Shown here piece by piece: positions 44,333 to 54,225 of a DNA stretch of 64,000 nucleotides. The DNA comes from an uncultured Flavobacteriales bacterium. Lineage in GTDB: Bacteria; Bacteroidota; Bacteroidia; Flavobacteriales; Weeksellaceae. Positions within the stretch are counted from its first letter, which is position 1; each line of letters begins with the position of its first letter. The notes under the pieces are model-generated. The model saw only the letters and a list, made by a program, of their open reading frames with translations. It was not told where the DNA came from and did not search any database. The position numbers and the translations under genes were made by a program. Where the stretch lies: assembly GCA_937973555.1 (NCBI GenBank), contig CALJKL010000078.1:8232-72231 (forward strand), given 5' to 3'.

Positions 44333-46894
44333 TTAGAAAGGATATCCAATTGAAAAATTGAATGTTGGTTTTAGTGGTTGAATGCTACTGATTACCCATC
44401 TTTCGCCTTTTGGTAGATTAGGATCATGTAGTTTATATGCAAAATCGAATCTTGCTACGATGTAAGCAATTTTAATTCTTAGTCCCAGTCCTGAGCCTAA
44501 TCCCATTTGGGAAATAAATTTGTTGAATTTAAATTCGTCTCCAATTCCATTGTCTTTAAGACTCCAAATATTTCCGGCATCTGCAAAAACAGCGCCCTCA
44601 AACATATCGCTTATAGGGAAACGGTATTCAATATTTGAGGTCAGTTTTACATTATCCATCATGTAGGCTCTTACCCTTTTGTCGATTTGAGTATCGGCAG
44701 GACCTAGTCCTCCAAAAGCTACCCACGCTCTAATATCATTGCTCCCTCCATTGAAATAAGAACGGATGAAGGGTAAATCACTGGAATTTCCATAAGGGAT
44801 ACCTACTCCTATAAACTGACGAACGATGAACTGATGGTTTCTATTGAAGGTAAAATATTTTCGGGTATCAATATCAAATTTTACAAACTGAGAAATGGGA
44901 ATTCCAAAAACGGTTTTACTGGCATTGATGATACCTGTTTCGTTATTATTTTTACTGAAAAGACTTAGCATGTTTCCGGCAAATTCTATTTTGGCATCAA
45001 AAAAGAATGGGTTTTTGTAACCTTTTTTACCAATTTCATTATAAATGAAATTATAAGAAAAAGAGTTGATTAGCACATCCTGGGTAAGGCGGTCTTTTTT
45101 GATGACTGATTGCCTGAAATTGAGCAATAATTGCTGGCCATCAGCATTTAAGGTGCTATGGAAAGATCCGTCATTTAAAACCAATTTAGAAAAATCTTCT
45201 ATGCTCAGATTAGGATCTACGTTAGGGTTGTATTGTTTGTATAAGCTGAAAATATCATCCTTAATGGCTCTTTCTGCGTCGAAATAATCATAATATCGGT
45301 CTTTGTTTCTGGTAAAAGAAAACTGGGTGTTGAATGCAGAAAATCTATGTGAAATAACATCATTAACTGTAAGGAAATAATTAAGCCCTCCATTGAGGTT
45401 TGTTCTGTCCATTCCGATGTTATTCTGCACTGAAGCTCCAATATTGAAAATGGTGACAGGAGAATATTTGTTAGGGACAAAGTTTTCTGTCCTGAAAGGA
45501 AGAAGCAGTCTTGGGAAATTTAAACCTAACTGAAGTGAATATTCTGAGGCATTGAATTTTGCCTGAGGATTTTTTTCATCATATACCGTACCGAATGTTC
45601 CCGAAACGCTTCCTGTAAAATTTTCTGCTCCACCAAATAAATTTCTTGCAGTCAATTCTGCAGATGGTGAGAAACCAAAGTTCAGGATTTGAGAATAATG
45701 TAAATCTATTGCGGTTTTAATATTGTATTTGGGTAATGGTATTAATTTATACCTTACATTAATGATAGTATCATTGGGATTATTATCATCTTTAGGTCCC
45801 GCTTCATAACTGGCAATATTGAAATTATTGAGGGAGAGGAAGTTTCTTTTGGTAAGGTCAAGGTTTTTTTGATTATAAACTTCTCCTCTTTTTATTGTAA
45901 TGGGTCTCCAAAGGGCTTTTAAATTATATTGGTCGTCAATTCTTTTAATATTGACATCCTTATATTCAGCGTTTTCTTGTGGTTTATCGGTAATTTTTTC
46001 AAGATATTGTATTTCTATATCACCTATTGTATATTGTTTGTAAGGCGTTTTAATAGAATCTTTCAGAATATCCATAGTAAGAGGCACCTTTTTTCTACTT
46101 TTGAGGGTGTCTGCGGTAAAATAAATCTCGCCGCCGTCTTTATTGAAGCTATAAAATCCCCTTTCCTGCATCAGGTTGGTAATTCTTTTTACCTCTTCTT
46201 CCAGGTTTTCTTGGTTCAGAACAGTACCAGATTTTACAAAACTTTCACTTATTTTCTGTTCGTAAATGTTTTTAATGTTTTCGTAAGGAATATTGTAAGA
46301 ATAACTGCTGATGTAGGTTGGATCTTTGTGGGTGATTTTATAATTGGCTTCTGCTTTTTTGGAAGCAGAATCTAATTTGTGAGAAAAATCTACTTTAGCA
46401 TCCCAAAATCCTTTATATACCAAATATTTTCTAATGGAAGTGGCACTTGTTTCTGTTTTTCCTTCTTCTAAAATGACTGGAGGCTTACCGAAAGTATGGA
46501 AAAATCTGCTTGCAAATATGCTTTTTCCTACATATTCCGGATGGTTGTATTTTCTAAAAAGAGAATCTCTTAGATTTTGGTTTCTCATGTCTCCAGGAAA
46601 CGTCATGTACTCCCTTAAGATACTGTCATATTTAGGGTTAGATTGATTGTAAAGCCATAACCCAACAGGAAAAAGATAAAGGATTTTTTTATTTGGTTTT
46701 TGACTTACATAATTAGGAATGACATCTTTATAGAGATGATTGTCTATATATTCAAAATTGTTTTTGGTAAGCAGGTATTTTCCTTGAGGTACTTTTTTGG
46801 TACTGTTACAGGCATATAGAAACCAGATGAGAATTGCAAATGCAAAAAATATGTGGTACTTTTGAATATATTTAAAGAAATGCTTACCGCCCAT
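44333..46894 (-). CDS. Omp85/BamA-TamA-family outer-membrane protein with lipoprotein-type signal
   Basis: Lipobox-like FLYAC-NS, POTRA-like N-region, and a C-terminal surface-antigen barrel ending in an aromatic residue (FNFSIGYPF). Confidence 0.78.
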   Translation of the reverse strand: MGGKHFFKYIQKYHIFFAFAILIWFLYACNSTKKVPQGKYLLTKNNFEYIDNHLYKDVIPNYVSQKPNKKILYLFPVGLWLYNQSNPKYDSILREYMTFPGDMRNQNLRDSLFRKYNHPEYVGKSIFASRFFHTFGKPPVILEEGKTETSATSIRKYLVYKGFWDAKVDFSHKLDSASKKAEANYKITHKDPTYISSYSYNIPYENIKNIYEQKISESFVKSGTVLNQENLEEEVKRITNLMQERGFYSFNKDGGEIYFTADTLKSRKKVPLTMDILKDSIKTPYKQYTIGDIEIQYLEKITDKPQENAEYKDVNIKRIDDQYNLKALWRPITIKRGEVYNQKNLDLTKRNFLSLNNFNIASYEAGPKDDNNPNDTIINVRYKLIPLPKYNIKTAIDLHYSQILNFGFSPSAELTARNLFGGAENFTGSVSGTFGTVYDEKNPQAKFNASEYSLQLGLNFPRLLLPFRTENFVPNKYSPVTIFNIGASVQNNIGMDRTNLNGGLNYFLTVNDVISHRFSAFNTQFSFTRNKDRYYDYFDAERAIKDDIFSLYKQYNPNVDPNLSIEDFSKLVLNDGSFHSTLNADGQQLLLNFRQSVIKKDRLTQDVLINSFSYNFIYNEIGKKGYKNPFFFDAKIEFAGNMLSLFSKNNNETGIINASKTVFGIPISQFVKFDIDTRKYFTFNRNHQFIVRQFIGVGIPYGNSSDLPFIRSYFNGGSNDIRAWVAFGGLGPADTQIDKRVRAYMMDNVKLTSNIEYRFPISDMFEGAVFADAGNIWSLKDNGIGDEFKFNKFISQMGLGSGLGLRIKIAYIVARFDFAYKLHDPNLPKGERWVISSIQPLKPTFNFSIGYPF

Positions 46895-47608
46895 AAAATA
46901 AAATTATTTCAGTCTTTAGACAAAAAGAAATTTAGACAAAAATACAATTTGTTTTTGGTTGAAGGCAATAAAATTATTGCTGAACTCAAAAATTCTCATT
47001 ATAAAGTTAATGAAATTTTTAGTTGCGAACCTGCAAAACTAGATTTTTTAAAAACTGAATCTCATCTTATTACAGAAAGAGAACTCCAAAAAATTAGTTT
47101 TCTTCAAACTCCTAAAGATTCTGTAGCGGTAGTAGAAATGCCAGAACCATCTCTTCTGGAAAATAAGAATATCCAAATCATCTTAGACGGAATACAAGAT
47201 CCTGGAAACTTGGGAACCATCATCAGATTGTGCGATTGGTTTGGGATAGAACAGATAATCTGCAGTGAAGACACTGTAGATCTCTACAATCCAAAGGTTA
47301 TACAAGCCACCAAAGGCTCTTTTACAAGGGTAAATGTTTTTTATACCAATCTACAGCAATTTTTGAAGGATTCAGATGCTGTACATATCGGTACAGATAT
47401 GGTAGGAGAAAATTTTTATACCTATAAGTTTCCTGAAAAATTTAATTTGATTTTAGGCAACGAAGGCAATGGCATGAGACCGGAAATAGAGCAGTTGGTT
47501 TCTCAAAACATCACCATCCCGAGATTTGGGAAAACCAAATCTACAGAAAGTCTTAATGTTTCTATGGCTGCAGGGATTATTTTGGGGCAAATCTTTTCCA
47601 AAAAATAA
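46880..47608 (+). CDS. TrmH/SpoU-family RNA 2'-O-methyltransferase
   Basis: SPOUT motifs (LDGIQDPGNLGTIIRL, LILGNEGNGM, IPRFGKTKSTESLNVSMAAGI). The likely start is ATG 46880 (MLTAHKIKLFQSL). Confidence 0.85.
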   Translation: MLTAHKIKLFQSLDKKKFRQKYNLFLVEGNKIIAELKNSHYKVNEIFSCEPAKLDFLKTESHLITERELQKISFLQTPKDSVAVVEMPEPSLLENKNIQIILDGIQDPGNLGTIIRLCDWFGIEQIICSEDTVDLYNPKVIQATKGSFTRVNVFYTNLQQFLKDSDAVHIGTDMVGENFYTYKFPEKFNLILGNEGNGMRPEIEQLVSQNITIPRFGKTKSTESLNVSMAAGIILGQIFSKK

Positions 47609-47665
47609 TTTCAAAGAATATATTGAAAATTAATATCTTGCATCTTATATTTAACATAATAATTA

Positions 47666-48595
47666 ATGCAGAAGCTCGCTTTTTTTATTAATCCTACGAT
47701 TAGACATTTCAAAAAAATAGAAATTGACATTCAGCATCATTTCAGTTCTTTCGACTATAAATTCTTTATTTCAGAATTTTCCGGACATTTTTTAACGTTA
47801 CCCCAAAAAGCGGCAGATGAAGGTTTTACGCATTTTATTGCGGTAGGTGGTGATGGTACTTTAAATGAGGTGGTAAATGGGATCATCAATTCCTTTAAAA
47901 CAGAAGAGGGGTGCGACTGGGCAAAAATAAAGGAAATCAAAATCGGGATTTTGCCCTCCGGCAGTGGAAATGATTTTGTAAAAAACTTAGGATATAAAAC
48001 CCTAGACGAACTGAAAAACCTAATTAATAGAGATTCTTCAGGTTTAGTAGATGTAGGTTTTGCAGAATATCTAGACAGAGGGATGAACAAAGCAGAACGC
48101 TTTTTCATTAATGTTTCAGATGTTGGAATAGGGGGTGAGGTGGTTATCAATAAAGAAAAATTGCCAATGGCATTGCCTGGAGAAGTCAACTATTTTTTGG
48201 CTATCGTTTCTACTTTTTTAACCTATAAAAAGAAGTTGATAAATGTAAAGGCAAAAGAATTTAATTGGGAAGGTACGGTATTGAATTTTGTAATTGCCAA
48301 TGCCAAATATTTTGGCAATTCTATTGGTATTGCTCCTCATGCCGAAATATCAGATGGTAAATTTGCTATTACCAATATCGGAAATATCAGTTTGAAAGAT
48401 TATTTCATGAATATAGGCACTGCTAAAAAATGTAAGAAAATAATCCATCCAGAAGTTTTTTATACAGAATCTGAAGAACTGCTGATAGAAAATGCGGATA
48501 AAAGACCTCTCACCATTGATATGGATGGAGAATTTATAGGTTATGCTCCTGTAAAATTTACCTGTCTGAAACAGAAACTGAATTTTCTACAATAA
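47666..48595 (+). CDS. diacylglycerol/lipid kinase family protein (YegS/BmrU-like)
   Basis: AVGGDGTLNEVVNG and ILPSGSGNDF motifs of the DAGK catalytic domain. Confidence 0.88.
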   Translation: MQKLAFFINPTIRHFKKIEIDIQHHFSSFDYKFFISEFSGHFLTLPQKAADEGFTHFIAVGGDGTLNEVVNGIINSFKTEEGCDWAKIKEIKIGILPSGSGNDFVKNLGYKTLDELKNLINRDSSGLVDVGFAEYLDRGMNKAERFFINVSDVGIGGEVVINKEKLPMALPGEVNYFLAIVSTFLTYKKKLINVKAKEFNWEGTVLNFVIANAKYFGNSIGIAPHAEISDGKFAITNIGNISLKDYFMNIGTAKKCKKIIHPEVFYTESEELLIENADKRPLTIDMDGEFIGYAPVKFTCLKQKLNFLQ

Positions 48596-48620
48596 AAAAG
48601 AATTCTAATAAGGAATGCTT

Positions 48621-49478
48621 TTATTCTTTGGGAGTTTTTTCTGCTTTTGCAGAATCTTCTTTATTTTCTTTTAAGACTACCTTATTATCTTTTAAATATT
48701 GAATAATTTTGAATAATACATCAGATTTTAAACTGTTTCCTGGAGCCGTTACATCAGTGGTTTTAAACCAATACGCAACGCGTAACTTTATTTTTTCGCC
48801 ATCAATTTCTTGAATGTAAATGGTAGATTTGGGTTCTTTTTCTATTTCTTCAAAAGAATTGATAATTGCTAAAATATCTTTCATTATCGTTTCCAGATCC
48901 TCAAAAAAGGCTATATTCAGCGTTACTTCACTTCTCAATAACTGGTTATAAGTGAAGTTCTCTAATGGATTTTTAAGAATGATAGAATTAGGAATAAAAA
49001 CATCTTTTCCATCTAGGGTTTTGATATTGGTTTCTCTTAAAGACATTTTCTTAACTCTGCCCCTCATTCCTTCCACTTCTATTAGGTCACCTATTTTAAA
49101 AGGCCTTCTGAATGCCATTAGAATTCCGGCTAAGAAATTTTCGCCGATGTCCTTCAATGCAAAACCTATTATAAAAGTGGTAAGTGCTGTTCCTGCAAGT
49201 ATTTTATCTGTAATATCCTTAAATCCAAGAATTCCCAAACAAACTACTATGAGCAAAAGGGTAAGGACAAAGGAGACAATGTTCACCAAAAAGTCTGTAA
49301 CAATAGAGTTTTTTGATTTTTCATTAAGAAATCTTGTTGCAATTTTAGTGGCCTGTTTTATAATAAACAAACCTACTAGAAAAACAATTATTGCAAAAAT
49401 AATAGAAGGAATGGCATTTTGTAAATTTTGCATTGCTGATTCAGCATTACTGCCAAAATTGGTAATCTCTTTTTTCAA
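48621..49478 (-). CDS. small-conductance mechanosensitive channel (MscS family)
   Basis: Three TM helices followed by FKIGDLIEVEGMRGRVKKMSLRETNIKTLDGKDVFIPNS, the MscS beta-domain signature. Confidence 0.88.
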   Translation of the reverse strand: MKKEITNFGSNAESAMQNLQNAIPSIIFAIIVFLVGLFIIKQATKIATRFLNEKSKNSIVTDFLVNIVSFVLTLLLIVVCLGILGFKDITDKILAGTALTTFIIGFALKDIGENFLAGILMAFRRPFKIGDLIEVEGMRGRVKKMSLRETNIKTLDGKDVFIPNSIILKNPLENFTYNQLLRSEVTLNIAFFEDLETIMKDILAIINSFEEIEKEPKSTIYIQEIDGEKIKLRVAYWFKTTDVTAPGNSLKSDVLFKIIQYLKDNKVVLKENKEDSAKAEKTPKE

Positions 49479-49480
49479 AA

Positions 49481-49984
49481 CTAAATGATTTTATTTAAAC
49501 TTTCAAGTACTTCTTTCTGCTGAAATTCGTCTAGTTTTTGTCTTAAAAATTTCAGTAAGAAAGGGGCAAAGTGTATAATAGCCAACCCAATAAGTCTTCT
49601 TCTCCATTTTCTATGGAAAAGAGATTTTTTTACATAGCCTGTAATTATGGAGGCTAGCCCTAATTGTAGTGCATTATCTGCGATCTTGCCGACAAGATTT
49701 TCTGTCTTGAGTGCTATTTTTTCTTTTCCTTGTTCGTTTACTTTTGTTTCTATAAAATGGTCTGAAACACCTCCCGTAATAAAACTCAAAATGTTTTTTG
49801 CCTGTAAACCTATTTTATGAATTCCGTTTTCATCTATTCTATCGGTAAGAAACTGATCTGTAAACCCTTCAGTAAGGGCACTGAAACTTTCTTTAGGGTT
49901 TTTAAAAGTTAACTTATCTTCTATCTCAGAAATGTCTTTTTTAAGCATTTCCTTACGAGTATTGAGGTCTGCCAAATTTTTCAT
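49481..49984 (-). CDS. hypothetical protein with C-terminal membrane helices
   Basis: 167-aa ORF whose stop lies 3 nt from the mscS start. I recognise no motif. Confidence 0.5.
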   Translation of the reverse strand: MKNLADLNTRKEMLKKDISEIEDKLTFKNPKESFSALTEGFTDQFLTDRIDENGIHKIGLQAKNILSFITGGVSDHFIETKVNEQGKEKIALKTENLVGKIADNALQLGLASIITGYVKKSLFHRKWRRRLIGLAIIHFAPFLLKFLRQKLDEFQQKEVLESLNKII

Positions 49985-49994
49985 TTCTCCGAAT

Positions 49995-50306
49995 TTATTT
50001 ATTGTAAAAATTGTTGATGGCTTTGTTTACAATCAGACTTTTGATTCTATTTCTAAAAAGATAAATGAGTAGAATCAATAAAAAATAGAAGACTGCCAAA
50101 AGTAAAAATCCATAAGCGTAATTTTGTAGCAATTCACCTATTAAAAGACCAATGCCTATATTTAGCAATAATAATAAAAAGAGGAGCAGTACAAAAATAG
50201 CTACAAATGGAGCAGCGGCACCAATAGTATTAAATATTTTTTCTGAAGCATTAAGTTTTAATAGCTCTATGCGTTTTTCAAAATATTCCTTTATTAGATT
50301 TACCAT
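49995..50306 (-). CDS. small two-helix membrane protein, holin-X/DUF1469-like
   Basis: 103 aa with two long Leu-rich TM helices. The family assignment rests on resemblance only. Confidence 0.55.
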   Translation of the reverse strand: MVNLIKEYFEKRIELLKLNASEKIFNTIGAAAPFVAIFVLLLFLLLLLNIGIGLLIGELLQNYAYGFLLLAVFYFLLILLIYLFRNRIKSLIVNKAINNFYNK

Positions 50307-50381
50307 AATGTATTACTTTTTTTAAAGTTACAAAAAAAGGAACTTACTTATAAGCTCCTTTATAGAATTTTAGAAAACTTT

Positions 50382-50726
50382 TTATTTCAAAGCATCCAGT
50401 TCGTTTTCTACATCTTTTAGTATTTCAGAAGCTTTTGATGCTGCTGTAGATTTGTATTTATCGAAACTGTCTTTTACATTAGATACCATTTTGTCTATGT
50501 TTTCTTTCGCTTTTTCAGAAATTGAACCATATTCTGATTTTACTTTTTCAGATATTTTTTCGTATTCGTCTAATGCTTGGTCTTTAAAGTCGTTTGCTTT
50601 GGCCTTTATTTTTTTTCTTGTTTCTTTACCTTCTTCAGGGGCGTATAACATACCTATTACTATACCTACTGCAGCACCTGCTAAAAGACCTGCAATAATA
50701 CCTGCACTTTTTTTACCTTTTGCCAT
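50382..50726 (-). CDS. YtxH-domain protein
   Basis: N-terminal Gly/Ala-rich helix (GIIAGLLAGAAVGIVIGMLYAPEEGKETRKK) followed by LEA/apolipoprotein-like amphipathic repeats. Confidence 0.75.
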   Translation of the reverse strand: MAKGKKSAGIIAGLLAGAAVGIVIGMLYAPEEGKETRKKIKAKANDFKDQALDEYEKISEKVKSEYGSISEKAKENIDKMVSNVKDSFDKYKSTAASKASEILKDVENELDALK

Positions 50727-50791
50727 TTTATTTAGATTTTAGTGTTCGTAATTTTATATTTTTAGTAAAATTTATTTCAAAATTTATATAT

Positions 50792-50799
50792 CAAATATA
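50792..50799 (-). promoter_or_regulatory. candidate -7 box (TATATTTG on minus strand) for the ytxH module
   Basis: CAAATATA on the plus strand, 65 nt upstream of ATG 50726. Confidence 0.4.
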
Positions 50800-50845
50800 A
50801 CGAAAAACTTACAAATTATAGTATAAAATAATGAATAGAATCTAT

Positions 50846-51520
50846 TTAATTGTCTTTGATGTAAGATAAAATCAATTCTATGGTTTCTGCTTTATCGAGA
50901 TGAGTATTGTCTATTAAAATAGCATCATCCGCTTGTTTTAGAGGGGCTATATCTCTTTCGCTATCAGTTTTGTCTCTAGAGATTAGGTTTTGATATACAT
51001 CTTCATAATTGGCATCAATACCAGAATGCTGTAATTCTAAATAACGTCTTTTTGCTCTTTCTTCCGGACTTGCGGTCACAAAAAACTTGTAATTTGCTTT
51101 TGGTAAAATTACGGTACCTATATCTCTTCCATCCATTATTACTCCACCTTTATCGGCTAATTGTCTCTGAAAATCCAAAAGAAAAGCTCTTACTTCCGGT
51201 TGTTTGGCCACCAGACTTACATTTTCAGAAACCCTAGGGTCTCTTATTTCTTTGTCAATATTGCTGTTGTTTAAAAATAATTCTAAAACACCTTCTTTTG
51301 GTCTGAATTCTAAATTGATTTTATTAAAACTCGAAAAAAGTGAATGGATGTTAATCTCCTTTTGATCATTAAGACAATTTTCTAATGCAAAATAGGTGAT
51401 GCCCCGGTATAGTGCTCCAGTATCTATATGAATTAGTCCAAGTTTTTTGGCAATTTCTTTAGATATAGAACTTTTTCCGGTAGAAGAATGTCCGTCAATA
51501 GCGATAACAGGTTTTTTCAT
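50846..51520 (-). CDS. cmk: (d)CMP kinase
   Basis: P-loop IAIDGHSSTGKSS, DTGALYR, and DGRDIGTVILP. Confidence 0.95.
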   Translation of the reverse strand: MKKPVIAIDGHSSTGKSSISKEIAKKLGLIHIDTGALYRGITYFALENCLNDQKEINIHSLFSSFNKINLEFRPKEGVLELFLNNSNIDKEIRDPRVSENVSLVAKQPEVRAFLLDFQRQLADKGGVIMDGRDIGTVILPKANYKFFVTASPEERAKRRYLELQHSGIDANYEDVYQNLISRDKTDSERDIAPLKQADDAILIDNTHLDKAETIELILSYIKDN

Positions 51521-51545
51521 TCCCCAAAGTTCGCCAAATTATTTG

Positions 51546-51587
51546 AAAAGTCAAAAGGTATAACTCAAAAGTCAAAAATTAAAACTC
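51546..51587 (+). repeat. six phased heptamers (AAAAGTC AAAAGGT ATAACTC AAAAGTC AAAAATT AAAACTC)
   Basis: Read directly from the sequence. It includes AAAAGTCAAAA twice, 21 nt apart, and lies in the spacer upstream of cmk. Confidence 0.8.
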
Positions 51588-51605
51588 ATGATTCACTATT
51601 CCCAA

Positions 51606-52604
51606 TTACCTTCGGTTTCCGGTAAGCTCTATCAAATCAAGCATCAACCCAATTTGATTGACATTAGAAGCATTGTGATAGCGGACATGAGAATAATCAA
51701 ACCGGAAAGAAGAAATTTTGATTCCAAATCCGAAACTGAGTCCGGCAAAACTTCTTTGGTCCAGAACGGCCAATTCATTTCCACGTTTTACATTATATCC
51801 CAATCTCAGGTTAAAGGCTTGTTCAGGAAAGAGCTCTACACCGCCGGAAAGATGGTCCAGAAGTTTTCTTCCAAAGCCTACTTCCTGTCCGTTGATATCA
51901 ATCGTTTGGGAAATATTAAACTGCTGCAAATCATGATAGGTAATTGTGCAAGCCAAAGGAAATTCGGGTAGAATTTTGGTGTATCCTAAGTCTGCACGGA
52001 AAGGCATCTTTTCTCTTACCCCGTTATATGGCTGGAACTGATAGCCAAAGTTTCTGAAAACCAAAGCCAAGGTTTCTTTAGATTGCTCATTATGATAGGT
52101 AATCCCAGCATTTGCAGAGATAGCTGCGGAAGTATAATTGTCTATTTTGGAAGTAATATAATTAAGGTTAGCTCCTATGGTAAAGTCTTCTTCGAACTGA
52201 TAGGCATAGCCTGCTCCAAAAGAGGCATCCATGGCAGAAAAGTCTCCGTTGTATTGGCCAAATTCATCCGTTCTGGGGATTTTTCCGAAATCCAAAACTC
52301 GGGCATTGAAAGAAATAAAATGTCCCTCTTGTAAATCTTTTACATAATTAATACTACCTAAAGTAGTTCCAGCAAGATATGAAGCGTAATTGATGCCAAT
52401 TCTGTTGTCCATATCCAGATTCATCAATGCGGGATTTACGGCAGCAAAATTTACATCAAAATCTCTCACCGAAACTGCATCTCCGCCTAAAGCAGATTGT
52501 CTTGCAGAGATTGGCACATTAAGAAACGGGTATACATTGGTGCCCGTTTGTGCGATTGCTGATAATGAAAGATACAGTAAAGATATGGTGAATAGCTTCT
52601 TCAA
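51606..52604 (-). CDS. PorP/SprF-superfamily outer-membrane beta-barrel, PorQ-like (T9SS); TTG start
   Basis: Signal peptide, then the conserved NVYPFLNVPISARQSALGG block and alternating beta-strand patterns. The PorQ subfamily call is tentative. Confidence 0.6.
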   Translation of the reverse strand: MKKLFTISLLYLSLSAIAQTGTNVYPFLNVPISARQSALGGDAVSVRDFDVNFAAVNPALMNLDMDNRIGINYASYLAGTTLGSINYVKDLQEGHFISFNARVLDFGKIPRTDEFGQYNGDFSAMDASFGAGYAYQFEEDFTIGANLNYITSKIDNYTSAAISANAGITYHNEQSKETLALVFRNFGYQFQPYNGVREKMPFRADLGYTKILPEFPLACTITYHDLQQFNISQTIDINGQEVGFGRKLLDHLSGGVELFPEQAFNLRLGYNVKRGNELAVLDQRSFAGLSFGFGIKISSFRFDYSHVRYHNASNVNQIGLMLDLIELTGNRR

Positions 52605-52625
52605 ATTTTTAAAAAATTTCTGTAC

Positions 52626-52633
52626 AAAAATAA
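52626..52633 (-). promoter_or_regulatory. candidate -7 box (TATTTTTG on minus strand) for the porQ-like gene
   Basis: CAAAAATA on the plus strand, 21 nt upstream of the start at 52604. Confidence 0.4.
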
Positions 52634-52703
52634 TTTATTTTAACCTCCAACAAAAAATAAAAATGAATGAATAATTCTTTTAACGAAATTCTTCACGATT
52701 CAT

Positions 52704-52711
52704 TATATTTG
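52704..52711 (+). promoter_or_regulatory. candidate -7 box (TATATTTG) for pyrH
   Basis: Matches TAnnTTTG and lies 74 nt upstream of the pyrH ATG. Confidence 0.45.
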
Positions 52712-52785
52712 CACCAAATAAAAAAATTCAAATGAAATGCTCTGCATACCAACTGATTTTTTTTAAATAAATAAAAAATTAATAG

Positions 52786-53491
<706 letters not shown>

Positions 53492-53493
<2 letters not shown>

Positions 53494-53581
53494 AAAGTTA
53501 AAAATTAAAAATTCAAAAGTTAAAATTTGAGTGGATTTTTGTAATTAATAATTGAGTTTTTAACTTCTAACTTCCAACTTT
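53492..53581. repeat. inverted heptamer arrays forming a strand-asymmetric hairpin (pyrH-frr spacer)
   Basis: Left arm: AAAAGTT AAAAATT AAAAATT c AAAAGTT AAAATTT. Right arm: TAACTTC TAACTTC CAACTTT. All arm differences are A opposite C on the plus strand. Confidence 0.75.
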
Positions 53582-53615
53582 ATAAATGTGTAACTTATCA
53601 AATTTTCAATATACA

Positions 53616-54170
53616 ATGGAAGAAATTAATATGATTATGGATATGGTAAAGCAAGAAATGGATGCCGCAATAAAGCACCTAGATCATGCTTTCCAGAAAA
53701 TTAGAGCGGGTAGAGCTTCTACTTCTATGGTACAGGATGTAATGGTAGAATATTATGGTGCAATGACGCCCATCAATCAGGTGGCAAACGTTTCTGTTCC
53801 TGATGCAATGACCATTTCTATTCAACCGTGGGACAGAACCGCGATTAATGCAGTAGAAAAAGCCATCATTAATTCTAACCTAGGTTTTGCACCATCCAAC
53901 AATGGAGATGTTATTATCCTTAATGTGCCGCCTTTAACCGAGGAAAGACGTAGAGATTTGGCAAAACAGGCTAAAGCAGAAACAGAACAAACCAAAGTAA
54001 CCATCCGTAATGCAAGACAAGATGGGATGAAAGAACTTAAAAAACTTGAAGGTGTTTCAGAAGATATCGTGAAAGATACAGAAGCACAAATTCAAGAATT
54101 GACGGATAAATATGTGAAACTTTCTGAAGAGCATCTTAAGCTGAAAGAAGCTGATATTCTTAAAGTATAA
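53616..54170 (+). CDS. frr: ribosome recycling factor
   Basis: KIRAGRASTSMVQDVMVEYYG and PPLTEERRRDLAK. The start is set at ATG 53616 (MEEINMIMD). Confidence 0.95.
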   Translation: MEEINMIMDMVKQEMDAAIKHLDHAFQKIRAGRASTSMVQDVMVEYYGAMTPINQVANVSVPDAMTISIQPWDRTAINAVEKAIINSNLGFAPSNNGDVIILNVPPLTEERRRDLAKQAKAETEQTKVTIRNARQDGMKELKKLEGVSEDIVKDTEAQIQELTDKYVKLSEEHLKLKEADILKV

Positions 54171-54188
54171 TATCAACGAGATATACAT

Positions 54189-54222
54189 AAAAAAAACTTC
54201 AGACCAGTCTGAAGTTTTTTTG
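54189..54222. terminator. bidirectional terminator between frr and the LptF/G-like gene
   Basis: AAAAAAAACTTCAGA ccag TCTGAAGTTTTTTTG. Confidence 0.85.
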
Positions 54223-54225
54223 TTT

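Noticed and set aside
47755-49488. Antisense ORFs of 144 aa (47755-48189, opposite the lipid kinase) and 178 aa (48952-49488, opposite mscS).
   Set aside because: They are shadow frames of well-supported genes. The Ser/Pro/Ile-rich translations have no recognisable motifs.
49995-50306. A holin-like membrane protein as a possible sign of a prophage or lysis cassette.
   Set aside because: There is no endolysin, spanin, integrase, capsid or tail gene anywhere in the window. The gene sits in a YtxH/MscS stress-type cluster.
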